Below are positions 38,686-51,346 of a stretch of DNA of 64,000 nt, piece after piece. The DNA lies in contig NC_043016.1 in NCBI RefSeq assembly GCF_006345805.1, forward strand, positions 23,126,001-23,190,000. Reading direction: 5' to 3'. The notes beneath the pieces are model-generated. The model ran no database searches, had not been told where the DNA came from, and saw only the letters and a list, made by a program, of their open reading frames with translations. The position numbers and the translations under genes were made by a program. Within the stretch, counting starts at the first letter, position 1. The number at the start of each line of letters is the position of its first letter. The DNA comes from Octopus sinensis (lineage: Eukaryota).

Positions 38686-39467
38686 TGCTCATAGTTATTT
38701 ATATGAGCACTTGTCAACAATCCACTTCTTGTCTCCTCAGTCTGAGGATTATCTCTCTAGAAGCTGGTTATCATGTCATATCCTCAAGGTCAATCTTACT
38801 GTGATAATACTCAATTAATAAATCAGTGGTCTTCATAACCTATATAGTCATTGACTGCATTATAAACATGCAGCCGACTGTTTTCCTCTTCTTAATACTT
38901 GTTTTCCAGGCCTGACTAACTATTGTTTCAATTTTCATATCTAAATTTGTCTAGCTAGCTGGATCGAGTTGGCAGTGAAAAGGTTATGTAGAAAACAGAT
39001 CTCATAAATGTTATTGGTGTTTAATTAATCAACTGGGAAGTGAATTAAAGCAAATTTGCATTTAATGAAATTGGAACACAGACTGGAGTGGGGAGAAAGA
39101 AATACTAAAAGCTGTATAAATCAGTGATCAGTTGGTGACAACTCGTAAGCATTAACTTCGATATTTTAGGATTTTGGAGGGAAAATTTGTGGAATAAAGT
39201 GTACAATAAATGTTTTTAAGATTACAGTGGCTCTTAGGTTAAGAAACTCACTTTGCAACCATAAGGTCTTAGGTTCAGCTCCATGTGAAGCACCTTGGAC
39301 AAGTCTTTTTCTATAGCTGACCAATGTGATTAGATCTGGTATAAAATATATATATGTATATAATGTGTATGTGTGTGTGTATATAATTTTGTATATGTGT
39401 ATGAATGTGTATATATATGTTTACATGTAATGTGTATGTATGTTATAAATATATGTATATGTATATA

Positions 39468-42300
39468 TCATCATCATTTAACATCTGTTTTCTACGCTGG
39501 CATGGGTTGGATGGTTTGACTGAGGTCTGGAGAGCCAGCAGCTGCACCAGGCTCCAATGATTGATCTGGCAATGTTTCTACAACTGGATGTTTGGATAGA
39601 AGCATGGCAGTACACACACATGCGTCGTACAATCTACCTTTCACTCTGAGTGAGAAACTCTTTGTCGCCAGTAGGGGAAGATGCTTTCTAAACTTTGCCC
39701 AGGCTATTCTTATTCTAGTGGTAACACTCTTTAAGCATCCACCCCCACCCCCACTACTAACTTGGTCACCTAGGTAGCGGAGGCTATCAACTAATTCTCG
39801 TTTCTTCCCCTGGAGTGTAATGGAATCTGTTTTCTGAGCATCAATGGTGTCTATTGCCCCTGTGTATCTGCCGCACACGAAAGCTATCTTCTCGGTTAAT
39901 TTTCCTTTGATGTTGCTGCACCTCTTATGCGTCCATAGCTTACACTGGGTACATCTTATAGAGTTTCTACCTACACCTTTTCTACAGATTGAGCAGGGCC
40001 ACTTACCTGAGGGGGTGTGTGATGAGTTTGCCTTGCTACTTACTAGAACTTTGGTCTTTGCTACATTGAATCTAAGGCCTTTTGATTCTAGGCCTAGCTT
40101 CCACACACACAATTTCTTTTCTAGTTCCGTAGTGATTCTGCTATGAGGGCCAGGTCATCAGCATAGAGGAGCTCCCAGGGGCAACCCATCTTGAATTCCT
40201 CTGTTATTGCCTGGAGGACTGATGAATAAAAGGGGGACTGAAGGCTGAACTTTGGTGGACCCCCTACTTCTACCCGGAATTCTTCACTATACTCATTGCC
40301 AATCCTAACCTTGCTAACGGCCTCTCTGTAAAGGGCCTGTACAGCCCTTATTAACCATTTCCGCATCGCCCACCAGATAAGGGATCGGTGAACCCTGTCA
40401 AAGGCTTTCTACAAGTCCACAAAAAAGCTAAGTATAGGGGTTTATCTTTAGCTAGGTATTTCTCTTGCAGTTGTTGAACCAGGAATATGGCATCAGTGGT
40501 GCTTCTACCTGGCACAAAACCGAACTGCATCTCATCTAAGCAGACTCTCTCTCTCTCTCTAATGAAATGGGCTATGACCCTCTCTGTGATCTTCGTCACC
40601 TGATCCAGCAGTTTGATACCCCTGTAGTTATTTCTATCTAGAGCATTGCCTTTACCCTTGTAGCAGTTGACTATGGTGCTGCTATGCCAGTCGTTTGGTG
40701 TAACTACATCATGAACTATCTGGTTTACAATGTGGGTGACTAGGCCATAGCCCACACCACCAGATGTTTTAAGCCTCTCAGCAGTAATTCCTGATGGGCG
40801 GGGGTGGGGTGGCTTCATACCCTTAATTGCTTTATCTACGAGAAAGCTGTCTATTCGGATAGCTTGTCCCTCTACTGGGTCAACATTTGGCAGGCTCTCC
40901 TCCTCCCCACATTCAGCAGTCTTTCATAATGGCTTTTCCAAGCCTCTTTCTTTTCAGAATCATTAAAAGCAAGTGCACCGTCATCCATGCAGACACATTT
41001 CTCTCCTGTGACATTACAATTTTCTCTCCCACACTGTCTTGCAATCCAAAATACCTCAGTTCTTTGGTCCTCACATTGCTGGACATTGGCAAACTTCTTC
41101 TTTTCTGCTTCACCCTTGGCTATGTATACCTGCCACCCAGCCTCCCTTTTGACTACCTGGTACAGTTACCTGCTACTCCCACCCTTCCAGGCTTTCCTGG
41201 CCTGTTTCTTTGCTCTAATGGCTTTGTCTACCGTACTATTCCAACATGTAACTCTAGGTCTGGAAGGGGCTTTGCACCATCCGCAGACTTGATCTGTAGC
41301 ACTCAGCAAGCTGTCCTGTAGGAATTTCCGTCTACCTTCTGTGTCCGATGTCTGTAGCTCCTCCTCCCTCTCCTCATATTTCTTGATGAGGATGTCCCTA
41401 AATCTCTGACCATGTGAAGGGTTCTTTAGCTTCCAAAATCCTTCTTTTTTGGATTGGTCTGCTTCTTGGTATCCTTCTGGCCTTGAGCCTAAAGTCACTA
41501 ATGACTAGCCTATGCTGGGGGTTACATTCTTTACCCGGAAAGATCTTTGTATTTAAGAGCAACCCTGTGTCCCGCTGTCTGGTGAGGATGAAATCTGGCT
41601 GGCAGAGTCCCCTGATTGATAGGTTATAAGGTGGCTGTCTGGCTTCCTGAAGTTAGTGTTGCAGATTAAAAGGTTACATGCATCACAGAACTCCAGTAGC
41701 CTGGTTCCCTCATCATGGTTCAAATACCATGGCCACCGTATACCCCAGTGAAGATACCAGATTCCCGCCCAACATGCCCATTAAAGTCTCCAGCCACAAA
41801 GATGAGGTCATTGCCACTCGTCTTTGAGGTAGCCTGTAGAAGGATATCATAAAAGTGGTCCTTCTGATCATTTGGTAGCCCCGCATGTGGGGCATAGGCA
41901 GAGATAATTGTAGCTGTGCTGTTCTGCAGGACTAGCCTCAGCTTAAGCACTCTATTGCATACCCTAACAACCTTTATGACTTTATCCGCCCATTTCTCTG
42001 TGAGGAGTATGCCTACACCCCCTACACCATCCATATTACCTTGCCAGAAGACTTTATACCTATGTGCCTTGCCTGTGAGGACCCTAGCTGATGCTCCTCT
42101 CCGTCTTACCTCTTGTATGCAGCTTACATCAAACCATCTCCTTTCAAGCATCTCTACAATCTCACTAGACCTGCGTTTCAGTGTGCCAACTCTGAAACCT
42201 GGGAAGGGAATGTGGGGTGAGGTTTGGGGAGGAGGGATGTTATTCAGCACCAGAAAAAAAGAGGGTTGTTGTGGTGTTCGTTTTTTAGGCATGCTTCATC
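39468..42300 (-). mobile_element. RTE-clade LINE, internally deleted pseudogenised copy (APE + RT + Cys-rich insert + 3' tail)
   Basis: APE: IQEVR, GVGIL, ISAYAP, VAGDFNGHVG. RT: NYRGIKLL, QFGFVPGRSTTDAIF, LLYADDL. Cys-rich: WPCSICRKGVGRNSIRCTQCKLWTHKRC. ORF end deleted and fused to the 3' UTR; (ATG)n tail at 39468. Confidence 0.95.
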
Positions 42301-43051
42301 TGTTCTCTCTTTCGACCTGACAACATTCAAGCATTCAGGCATGTTAAGATTGTTGCCCCTAGTAGCCGGTGTTGGCAGAGTTGTAAGCATAAGCATTATG
42401 GTCATCGAATGATGTAGATTCAAGCAGTGTAGCAAGAATATGGATATTCCAATGTTAGGTTAGGAGGGAGTCAGCTGAAACTGGTTGTGTTTGTCCAGGT
42501 AGAGGGGGATTGCAGGTATAATGGAAGGTACCACCAGCAGGGAAAGGTTCAGACAGAGAGAGAGGAAACAAGCTCATTCCTATATATACACAAGTGCACC
42601 CACACACAGGAACAAGCACATATGAGCAGCCGAATAGTTTTCTCCTTCACCTCATAAGGCCAAGGAAAATTCCCGAATAGTTGTTGGCATGTTTCTATAC
42701 AGAATGAAAATGGGACGAAAGATAGCCAGCCGGTTAAATAGGTGAGCGAGAGAAAGAGAGGGAGGGTGCAGGTAATATAGGGAACAGCACCAGTGAGGAG
42801 GGGGAATTGGGAGAAGGGATAACTGGAAGGGGTGGTGACAAATTTCTAGACAGGGCAAAACGTAAGATAGTCGGTAAAGTGAATGGGTGGATGAGCACCT
42901 GGGCTGGTTGCATTTGTCCTAGGAGAGGGAGAAGTGAAGGTAATATATTGAGAACAGCCCAGTGAGGAGGAGGGTGGAGAATAGACACAGGTAATGGTGG
43001 TGGTAGAAGGGCTATCCGGTATTGGTGATTGTGTGTGTGTGTGTGTGTATG

Positions 43052-43085
<34 letters not shown>

Positions 43086-43086
<1 letters not shown>

Positions 43087-43458
43087 CTCTTTTACTTGTT
43101 TCAGTCATTTGACTGTGGCCATGTTGGGGCACCGCCTTTAATCGAGGAAATCGACCCCAGGACTTATTCTTTGTAAGCCTAGTACTTATTCTATCAGGCT
43201 CTTTTGCTGTACCGCTAATTTATGGGGACGTAAACACACCACCATCGATTGTCAAGTGATGTTGGGGGGGACAAACACAGGCACACAGACATATACATAT
43301 ATACGACGAGCTTCTTTCAAATTCCGTCCACTCACAAGGCTTTGGTCAGTCCAAGGCTATAGTAGAAGACACTTGCCTAAGGTGCCACGCAGTGGGACTG
43401 AACCTGGAACCATGTGGTTGGTAAGGAAGCTACTTATCACACAGCCACTACTGCGCCT
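43086..43458 (-). mobile_element. tRNA-derived SINE family A, full-length
   Basis: Reverse complement of the family A consensus. Confidence 0.85.
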
Positions 43459-43689
43459 ATTATATATATATATATATTATATACATATGTATTATATATA
43501 TATTCATCATCATCGTTTAACATCCGTTTTTTCATACTAGCATGGGTTGGACGGTTCAACCGGGGTCTGGGAAACCAGGAGGCTGCACCAGGCTCCAGTC
43601 TGATCTGACAGTGTTTCTGCAGCTTGATGCCCTTCCTAACGCCAACCACTCTGTTGGCCAGTTTTATGATGATGTCAGTGCACCGTCGG

Positions 43690-44640
43690 AGACATCGAGG
43701 AGCCAAGAGTTCGGTTGGGGAGATGTTTAGATGAGAATGCCTGTAACAACAGACTGAAGTGGAGAGGGGGGATGCGATAGAAGTAGGAGGAGTAGATGGG
43801 GCAGAAGGAGGAGGGGTGGTGGGGATGACAAGGCTGGGAGGGAGGGAGGGAATGAGGGTTATGTGTGGGGGTTGGGTGAGGGTGGGGGAGTGTATCAAGG
43901 AGGGAGAAGGGTAGTGGCATTGCATGTGATGGAATGGTGGAGTGAGTGGAGTTTACGTTGTTTGGTGTTAGCGAGAAATTGATGAAAGATGTAATGTGGT
44001 GTTGGCATGGGAGGGTGACTGAGAGGAGAAGATGGAAAAAGCAAGAGAGAGAAGGTCGATGGCGTGTATTTTAGAGATTAGAGCGAATGGTGGCACGCAT
44101 AAAGCGGTAGGGTGTAGTACGGAGTATGGGCAGGATGGTTGTAGCAGAGTGGAGAGTGGGGTGGAAATGGAGTAGGAAACCTTTAGGGATGAGCCGGTGA
44201 TGTAAGCAGCAACTGAGAAACGAAATGTGACTAGAGAAACTAGGTTTTTTGAAAATGAGTAGGTAATGGTTTATAGAAGGCTGAAAGCAGTGGAAAGGAA
44301 GTGTGCAAAGGTGTTGTTTTAGACGTTTGTGGAGATCAAGGAAGAAATGTTTGTAATTGGGCATGATTGTAAAATGAGAAGAGAAAGAAAGGAAGGGGGG
44401 GGGAGTAAATAAAGATGTGGGGAGGAAAAAACAAAAGGCGTGAGAAGAGAAAATATATATGAGAGGTGGGAGCAGAAAATAAAAAATGGAAAGAAAGGAC
44501 GAAGATGGAAGAAATAGAGAGAAAAGGGGGAAAGAAGGGGAAAAGAGAGGGGGAGAGAGGCAAGGTAACATGTGCAGATTAGAGAAAACAGAGTAAGAAC
44601 AACTAAAGTAGGTAGAAATGACAATACCAGGCTCACCTTA
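43690..44640 (-). mobile_element. Penelope-like (Neptune-type) ORF N-terminal relic
   Basis: SHISFLSCCLHHRLIPKGF resembles the H..FL..C....IP.G N-terminal PLE motif; CT-rich leader and Pro/Ser-rich linker. Confidence 0.6.
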
Positions 44641-45179
44641 AGTAACCTAATTTTGGAATATTAGGAGGTCACAGGAATTCATTCAATGAAAAAAATTTCC
44701 AATGATTCTGGGATTGGGTGGGATTCTTTGGGGCTACTACCTCATTTTTTTCCAAACCAAAATAAGGGATTTGCAGCGTATTAGGAGATCAGGGTACTTG
44801 ATTCCATGCAAGAAATCAAATTTTTTTTCTTAGTGAAAATTGTGCAGGTGTCAATATAGAAATTGACCATGATGTTTTTGTTATTTAGCCTCAAATAAAC
44901 CCTGATACTGCAAACATTCTAGTCTTCAGCAAACCATCTTTTTAGGGATACTCTAGGACATTACGTACAATGGGAATGTGATTTAGGTAGGGGGATACTT
45001 TGGCTGCTATTTTTAGCATCAAGCAACCAAGTAGAAGCTCTTTCATTAGTTTGATTGTGTGATGAGATTTTTTTTACACATATATGTAACATGTATATAT
45101 AACATCAGCAGAAGTTAGAGAGTAAGTCAAAAGCTGAGAGTTTCATGTATTGGCACTTATCAAACATGAATTTGTCCAT

Positions 45180-45990
45180 TGTCACTCTAACTTCTGATGA
45201 AATAACTTCTAAAATGTTGACATTTTCAACAACAAGGCTGAATTTTATAACTCTGCCTTACTTAAAGTAGGCTATATTAATTCTATTCAATCTTATTCTA
45301 CCTTTAGTAATGGAGAAAATGAAAACTTTTAGGTTTAAGATACCAACACCAAACAGAGGAAGGTTTTTTACAGCATAAGGGAGATAACCGTTATTTAACC
45401 CCCCCCCTTTTTTTTTCATTCTAAAAGTAAATTGATGCCTTTTAATGATAGTTACACTAAAAAAGTAAGGCAACTACTAGCAAAACTTATGGGAGGCATA
45501 TTAAATCTAATCTTCCTTACCAGTTTCGAGAAGCTATTGTTTGGAAGTTTCCAAAGAATTCTAGGTATTACTCTATGAACTTGCACACAGTTAGAATTGG
45601 TTTTTCTAACACAAAATCTTTCACAAATTATCTCTTTATGTAATATTAGCCTGTTAAATAAGAATCCAATTACTGAAAATAATAACATTAATTTAGCTAA
45701 TACTAACCATCCCCCTAGAAATATTAACAACATAGTGATTATCTCTGAAGTCAATTCCAACAGAATTAAGTTTATATCTAGTAATTCTAAGACTAAAATC
45801 TCTATATACCAGTGTAAAATTACTTCTGGTACCAATGTCCTTTTTTATATAGGTAGTTCTTCTTCTCAGTTATCTAAAAGAATTGTAATAAATGCAACAG
45901 TACAGGGCTTAGTAAATTAATTTGGCATCTAAAAGACCATAATAAACAATTTAATTTAGATGGTTGATTCTCTCCATTTTATTCTCATAT
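45180..45990 (+). mobile_element. Penelope-like element RT thumb and GIY-YIG relic (same clade as 20250-20630)
   Basis: DIFNNKAEFYNSALLKVGY, WKFPKNSRYYSMNLHTVRIGFS, SIYQCKI..FYIGSSSSQLSKRI, STGLSKLIWHLKD. Confidence 0.85.
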
Positions 45991-46486
45991 GATAAGGCAA
46001 ATTGATTTTATCATTATCTATTTGAAAATATAGCCATGACACGTGTGTAGTCTTTTTACAACTATTTACTATTTATTGTACTTTATTGATTTAAAATAAG
46101 GTTTTTTTATAGTATATGTTTTCTTTCTTTATTGAATTGTTTAATAGTGGTTTTTCTCTAAATTATATACATATATATAGTGAAATTTGATTTAAAATAG
46201 TTAAATTGAATTTTATCCAGTAAGTTTTGAAATTATATTCCCTACTATTATTATGTATATGTATATATATAGATATATGTATGTATCTATGTATGTATGT
46301 GTGTGTATATATATGTATATATAAATGTGTGTGTGTGTGTACATGAATGTAATTTATGCACCTCCACAAATTAGCACGCATATCGCTCCAATTTTAGGAG
46401 GACATTCGTCACGACTCTAGCTGTATTTTCGTCAAATTATTTTCCCCTGAGGCACCAGCGAATAGCAGTAAAAATAACTTAACAAT

Positions 46487-46586
46487 NNNNNNNNNNNNNN
46501 NNNNNNNNNNNNNNNNNNNNNNNNNNNNNNNNNNNNNNNNNNNNNNNNNNNNNNNNNNNNNNNNNNNNNNNNNNNNNNNNNNNNNN
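46487..46586. other. Assembly gap (100 N)
   Basis: Run of exactly 100 N; the true length of intron 2 is therefore unknown. Confidence 0.99.
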
Positions 46587-46874
46587 CACAACCTTTGTAT
46601 AGACAAAAACGTGCTTATATTGCCTCCATCATAAAACTGTTTTCCTAGTGTTCATAATAATATTTCTATCATCTTGACTTAACAGCCCTCACCATTTTTT
46701 TTTTTTACTGTTTTGTTCTCGCTGTCCTGTTCTGGTTACCACTTTCACCCTCCGCAAAAAATCCCAAATTTTATTTAATTTGCTTTGCGGGAAGGACTGT
46801 TTCAATGAAGTTGTGTCTTGTCCTTGCCTTCGAAACGTGTAGTAGTTGAAACAGGGACAACTGACTGGCCCTCA

Positions 46875-47057
46875 TGCCGGTGGCACGTAAAAGCACCCAC
46901 TACACTCTTGGAGTGGTTGGTGTTAGGAAGGGCTTCCAGCTGTAGAAACTCTGCCAGATCAAGGTTGGAGCCTGGTGCAGCCATCTGGTTCGCCAGTCCT
47001 TAGTCAAATCCTCCAACCCATGCTAGCATGGAAAGCGGATGTTAAACGATGATGATG
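46875..47057 (+). mobile_element. RTE 3'-UTR stub
   Basis: Same sequence family as 10993-11177. Confidence 0.85.
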
Positions 47058-47880
47058 TTGCTGTTAATTTCAAGAACAAAGTTTGTATCCGCTATAAATC
47101 AAGTGTTGTCTTTTGCATATTGCGTCACAGCAGCATGTGTGTGTGCATCCATGCATACACACACGCACACACACACACACACACTTTGTTGTTACTGTTT
47201 GGTTCCAGGTCAGCTTTGCTATATCAGACCAATAATTAGAAGTATTCCCTGGCCATCTTTTATTTCTCAGACATGGTGTATCCCAGGCCACATTAACATG
47301 CTGCAACAGCTTATTTTGAAATATATGTTAAAAAGAAACTGTTCAAATCATGCAACAAGAGTTGACATTAGAAAATCCTGTGCTATCGGTTTGTACTCAC
47401 TCAGATATGTTGCCATCATCATTAATTCCTGAAGATATAGTCTTCATGTCTATATTAATCGCTGACTCCTGATATTTCAGCCTGTTATCTTTCAAAAGAA
47501 ATGTAGTGATTTTCAGTCTGCATTCACTAAGTTACTCTACTTAGTTGCAAATTTCAGTTCTTCTCTTTGGAAGTAGCAATTATAGATTTTGTTTCATAGG
47601 TCAACAGAATAATTATGTATGTAGATTTACTTCACTTGTTCCTTATCAAAATTTCACTTGCTTCCTCATCTTGGACAAATGTCTTCTACTATAGCCTCAG
47701 CCTACCAAAGACTTATGAATGAATTTGGTAGACATGCATTTGTGTGTATATATATGAATGTATGTATCAATTGCACCTGCTCGCTCACTGTGTTTGTGTG
47801 TGTGTATTAAGTATATGATTCATCTTATAAAACAAAGTTCAACAAATACATTTCTATATTTAAGAGATGAGGAATTATGT

Positions 47881-48057
47881 ACATTATTTACATTTGATAG
47901 ATATTAGTCCTCACCTTGTTTGTTGTTAACACAACATTTCGGCTGATATATTCTCCAGCCTTCTTCAGGTGCCTTGGGGAAATTTCGAACCTGGGTTCTC
48001 ATTCCTAAGGTATTTTTCGATGTTGTTATTATTATTATATAACCACTACGCCATATG
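47881..48057 (-). mobile_element. SINE family B copy, internally deleted (lacks most of the tRNA head)
   Basis: Reverse complement of 48066-48294, missing approx. 50 nt including the B box. Confidence 0.85.
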
Positions 48058-48065
48058 CTCACGGA

Positions 48066-48294
48066 CATATGGCATAGTGGTTAAGAGCACGGGCTACTAA
48101 CCCCAAGATTCTGAGTTCGATTCCAAGCAGTGACCTGAACAATAACAATAACAACAACATCGAAAAATACCTTAGGAATGAGAACCCAGGTTCAAAATTT
48201 CCCAAAGACACCTGAAGAAGGCTGGAGAGTATATCCAGCTGAAACGTGTTAACAAACAAGATGAGGACATATATCTGTCAAATGTAAATAATGT
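48066..48294 (+). mobile_element. tRNA-headed SINE family B with hammerhead-like 3' module
   Basis: A box TGGCATAGTGG, B box GAGTTCGATTCC, no acceptor-stem pairing; CTGAAGA-A-GGCTGG..CCAGCT-GAAACGT at 48212-48247. Confidence 0.8.
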
Positions 48295-48569
48295 AAAGTT
48301 CAACAAATTCAATCATATTTTTCATAAATGGAATTAGATGGTTAATGTGGATTATAATCATTTTTATATGAATCTTGGACCAACCAAATCCTTGTGAGTG
48401 GATTTGGTAGAGGGAAACTGAAATAAGCTCGTCATATGTATATATTTGTGTGTGTGTCTGTGCTTGTCCCCCCACCACCACCACCACCATTGCTTGACAA
48501 CTGGTGTTGGGTTGTTTATGTCTCCATAACTTAGCAGTTTGGCTTTTTGTCTCTTACTCAAAGTGATGA

Positions 48570-49031
48570 ACTCAACACTCATTGTGATATAGAAAATATA
48601 CCAAGGAAACAGCTGGATCTACCTGAAACAATGTCATATTTTCCTGTGATGTGATTGGCCAGGTGTGCTTTTGATCAGGTATTAGATGTGGCACCCACCG
48701 AGCAGAGACCTTCATCAATATTCTCAACTCTCTCATGGAATATGCTAATAGCATTGGCTATTAGATTTATAGTCACCTGTCATCCATCACCATGTGGTGA
48801 AGATGATTGATGCTTTCCTCAGTGGTAGCAGTTGCATGATGTCCAGGCTTTAAGTTACCTTCAAGACTCTCCCTACTCTTCTTGAATTCACTTGCCCACT
48901 TTTGCATTGTTGATAAAACTAGAACATTGATCATCCCCTAATATAGCAACCATGTTAGCATCAATGTCTTTGGGGGCTAAAACCTTTTTCTGCGGGTTCT
49001 TGATAACACCACAGTGCCACATTTTGTCCAT
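48570..49031 (-). mobile_element. Second mariner relic (5' half, different subfamily)
   Basis: MDK..GVIK..PKDI..LGD..ATTEESI..HHMVMDDR and KVSARWVPHL motifs; frameshifted. Confidence 0.8.
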
Positions 49032-51171
49032 TTTCAAGTGAAGTCACTACTAGTTACTTTTGAAGTACCTGAAATAAAGAATGCAGGTATTAATAAGAAG
49101 GGTTGAAATTAATGTGTGCAAGATTTCAGAATCCTGACATCAGTGTCAGCCAATGAATTTTTCAGCCCACCCTCATAAAACAAATAGGCAATGGTGAGTG
49201 AGTGTCAGATGTCATGAAGCAGAGAGAAAATAATGATTAGCAGAAAAGAAGGGTGATAGTAAGCAGCACTGAGCATGGACATATATGATGTCATCTATTG
49301 TAATCCAAGTGTCTTGATTGTAAAGAGTAGAAGGATAGCTATGATAGTGGGGTTATGGTGCAAGAGAGATGGTGGTAGTGGAGCAATTGAATATGAACAG
49401 ATGAAATACCATCCTTCATTATGCTGGCAACATGGTATTAGGAATAGGACAAAGAATGAGAAGATAATAAAGAGAGCAACTTATATAGACTTACCACATA
49501 TATACACAAATTTCTGCAATTTTCATTTACTAAATTTCATTTGCAAACTTATACACCAATTATATTTGGAACAGTGTTCTCATTTTGTTTGTTAGTTACA
49601 AAGTTTTGGCTATTGTATGCTTTGGCTGGGTGCATTTAGTAGCATTCTCAGAATTTCAAACTGAATCTTTTATTAATTCCATGGAGGCAGATTGTTCTTT
49701 TTCCATTGACCATTTTTGGCTGAGATTTTTGTTTTCTTTTTGTTGTTCCACTTGTGATGTTACCTGCTTATTCTGTTTGAACCAGGTTATATTGCTCAAC
49801 TGTTGCTGGGGTTGAACTACTTCACCTGATACTTAATCAGCTAACAGAATTACCTGTTATTTATTAGGATCATCAAATAAGGCAAATGTGCCTGCAGAAA
49901 TGTCAGACAAAATGCTTCATGGCATTTCTTCTGGCACTTTGCATTCTGAGTTCAAATCCTGCTGAGGTCAATTTGACCTTTCATCCCTCAGGGAGGGTTG
50001 ATGTAATCAACTTGCCCTGCCCCCAAACTCTGCTGGCTTTGCACCAACAATGGAAACAATTATTAGGATTCCAAATACACAAACATTTTTGAAATTTAAA
50101 TGGTTTAACTTAGTGATGTTATCTTGTATTAAAAATGAAAAGGGGAACACAACTTTCATTATTGTGCACTTTATTGTTACCCTGCTTTTGTTATCATTTC
50201 TTTAGTTCACATCTCTTTAAAATTTCATTAAAATACAGCGTTCATGAAGTTATTCCATGTATAGCCATTGCCCTCAGTTTGCCAAAAACTTAGAAATATT
50301 TTTTTTTAAACTTGAGTTTTAGCAAGTTTTTATAATTGCAACACAGTATAAGAAAGACAATCATCTGCTCTATAATTAAGAAAGTTGTTTATTAATTTGT
50401 TGGAATTATATAACTTTTACTAAAAGAATATTATTAAATTCTCCATTGTCTGGAAAATTTTTGACATTTTTTAAAATGAAAATGTGGTTTGTAAGTTCTT
50501 TTCAAACAAATGATTAATTCTAATTCACTGTTGACTTTATTTTAGAAATATTAACCCTTTTGTTATCATGTTTCTGTTAAAATATACTACCTTTGTTTCA
50601 ATTAATTTTGAAAATAATGAAGAATTTGTACAATAATATTGTCATAATTAAGCTGAAATATAGAACATCAATTAATAAGAAATTTTAATAGAAGGTTTTA
50701 ATTTAGATCACTTTAAAACAGGAAGTTTGTTATAGAACCAAGATTGGCCTCAGGCAGTTTGATATCAAAAAAGTTAAACTGAGAAGCAGTCTTGCTCTCT
50801 CTCTCTCTCTCTCTCTCCCCAGCCTCTCTCTCTTTCTAATAGTTAATTCTTTTGCTGTAGCCTTTACTTTTTGGGCTATCATAGTTCATATGGAAAACAG
50901 TAATATAAAAAATAATTTACCATCTCTAATAAGAAGATGCAAATTGAAATTAGAAGTAACATATCAAACATTACACAAATTGGGGATCAAATATTTAGCA
51001 ACTAGCAGAAAATCACCCAGAGGGTGGTCTCTCTCTCGTGTGTATAATGAAGCATTCATTGGAAACATAGGAACTGAAAGACTATACATAATGACTGACA
51101 TCAATAACAGTTGTCATAGTAACAGCTGGTTAACTTAAAGTATATCACTGTGTGAGTGTGTGTCTTTGGTT

Positions 51172-51346
51172 TAACTGCTTTGTTACCAAATTTCTATTGA
51201 AATACATTATTTTTTCAATTATTTTGAAAATAAGAATTTAGTATATAAAACAGCTTTGTTATTACAAAGCTGGTCTTTTGGAGCATAAATTGTAACTTAT
51301 ATCTAAAAAAACTTATATATAAAAGAAACTTATATCATGAGGGTTA
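51172..51346. mobile_element. Short piggyBac-like MITE (related copy starts near 50550)
   Basis: ttaactgctttgttacc...atcatgagggttaa; similar to ttaacccttttgttatcat at approx. 50550. Confidence 0.45.

Noticed and set aside
42650-43030. Continuation of the Neptune element
   Set aside because: CT-rich with an internal approx. 170-nt repeat, but no convincing protein motif; left unassigned.
45194-45200. CTGATGA as a ribozyme core or C box
   Set aside because: Lies within Penelope RT coding sequence (TLTSDE); no matching GAAA-stem arrangement.
48063-48135. tRNA gene (anticodon-like CT-ACT-AA loop)
   Set aside because: Acceptor stem does not pair and the T stem is mismatched; it continues into a repeat body, so it is a SINE head.
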